From contig OX597837.1 of assembly GCA_951406725.2 (NCBI GenBank), positions 25,668,001 through 25,732,000 on the forward strand: a stretch of 64,000 nt of DNA, given 5' to 3'. Of the stretch, positions 62,460 to 64,000 are shown piece after piece. The DNA comes from Octopus vulgaris. Lineage: Eukaryota. Both the position numbers and the translations under genes were made by a program. The notes beneath the pieces are model-generated. The model was not told where the DNA came from. It saw only the letters and a list, made by a program, of their open reading frames with translations, and did not search any database. Numbering within the stretch: the stretch's first letter is position 1; every line of letters begins with the position of its first letter.

Positions 62460-63780
62460 CCTCTTCTAGAATGTCCTTTGTCCTTCAACCATTTTATTCT
62501 GAAGTCAGCAATGAGAAACCTTTGTTGAGGGACATATTCTTCACCTGAGGAAGGGCAATCTGCTTATCTCATTTCTTGATAAGAATCAAGTCCTTATGGC
62601 TGGAATGTTTGAAGGTGATCAAGTAGCTGGTTTTGTGTTGCTGAAGGTTAGTTCATTGACTGCACAAAACTGAGAAGCCTTGATTTTCCCCTCGTTCCTA
62701 GAAACATAACAACCATGATATACTCTAGAGTAGCCACTAAGATTCTTGACCAACATAACCATTGAAGTCATCAGCAGAGATAACGAAGTAACCGTCATTT
62801 ATGACCAAGGTGATTTGCAGAAGAGCCTCAGAAAACAAAGATTTTGTTCATCAGTCCAAATTCATCATCATCACCATCATCATCGTTTAACGTCCGCTTT
62901 CCATGCTAGCATGGGTTGGACGATTTTGATTGAGGGCTGGCGAACCAGATGGCTGCACCAGGCTCCAATCTTGATCTGGCAGAGTTTCTACAGCTGGATG
63001 CCCTTCCTAATGCCAACCACTCCGAGAGTGTAGTGGGTGCTTTTTACATGCCACTGCACCCACTACACTCTTGATAAACAGTGATTATAGTTGCCATTGC
63101 TTTATTTTCAATTAACCTACTCTTTTACTTGTTTCAGTCATTTGACTGCGGCCATGCTGGAGCACCGCCTTTTAATCGAGCAACTCCCCGGGACTTATTC
63201 TTTTGTAAGCCCAGTACTTATTCTATCGGTCTCTTTTGCCGAACCGCTAAGTAACGGGGACATAAACACACCAGCATCGGTTGTCAAGCAATGCTAGGGG
63301 GACAAACACAGACACACGCATATATATATACGACGGGATTCTTTCAGTTTCTGTCTACCAAATCAACTCACAAGGCTTTGGTCGGCTCGAGGCTATAGTA
63401 GAAGACACTTGCCCAAGGTGCCACGCAGTGGGACTGAACCCGGAACCATGTGGTTGGTAAACAAGCTACTTACCACACATCACACATTCTGGATTACTTC
63501 ATCTGTCCATTTCTTCTCCTTTAGTACACCTACTTCACCCAAACCAACATCGTTACCTACCCAGATGACTTTGCAATCTTTGCCTGTGAGGACTCTGGCT
63601 GAGATTCCACCTCATCTGACCTCTTGCATGCAGTACAGCTTCTGCTCCAGCATTTTTATAATCTCACCAGGTCCATTTCTCATTGTATCAACATAGATAG
63701 TTGTGTTGCTGAGTTTCTGGTATTGGATAAGTTGACCCTCAAGCAGTGCCATCTAAAGGTATAGGAACACCATGTGGTTA
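62460..63780 (-). mobile_element. Old RTE endonuclease-domain relic interrupted by younger repeats
   Basis: Minus translations YVDTMRNGPGEIIKMLEQ..CMQEVR*GG.SARVLTGK (63480-63780) and VISADDFNGYVGQ...GEEYVPQQRFLIADFRI (62460-62860); many stops. Confidence 0.6.
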
Positions 63781-64000
63781 TTGTGATTTATAATAATAAT
63801 AATAATGAAATTATTGTATACAGTGCTCAGGTGCACCACAACTTGTCAGAAAGTGCGTATAAAGTATATGCAGTAATGTACAAATGTCTGGAAAGCGAAC
63901 AATGTATGAGTCAGATACATGCTTGTGTGTGTATGGAGGGGAGAAAATCAGGTGTAGTGTTGGCGAATCTCAGAAAGCATGTTAGTTTTGAAGGATGTAG

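Overview
Repeat-saturated, AT-rich animal genomic DNA. It is not prokaryotic, so the ORF track is mostly repeat artefact. The SINE/LINE complement is most consistent with an octopus (inference). Two spliced host genes can be rebuilt by hand on the minus strand. (1) A complete 12-exon MTCH (mitochondrial carrier homolog, MTCH2-like) gene, ATG 57393 to TGA 18042, 936 nt / 311 aa, with all introns GT-AG and in phase. (2) The first two coding exons of a THAP zinc-finger gene (ATG 6235; the rest was not found and probably lies left of the window). The remainder is transposon-derived: four tRNA-derived SINE families, about 17 RTE-LINE 3' ends with a variable-number structured 3'UTR repeat, CR1 and RTE ORF relics, mariner/Tc1 and Helitron relics, and several MITE families (Merlin-like, piggyBac-like, hAT-like, TA-flanked, and an 8-bp-TSD family with TTAGGG-like motifs). 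There is also a ~600-bp foldback, local duplications and long microsatellites. No convincing new biological system was found. The best leads are the structured RTE 3'UTR repeat unit, intronic dsRNA formers next to exons (ADAR/circRNA candidates) and self-targeting SINE arrays.
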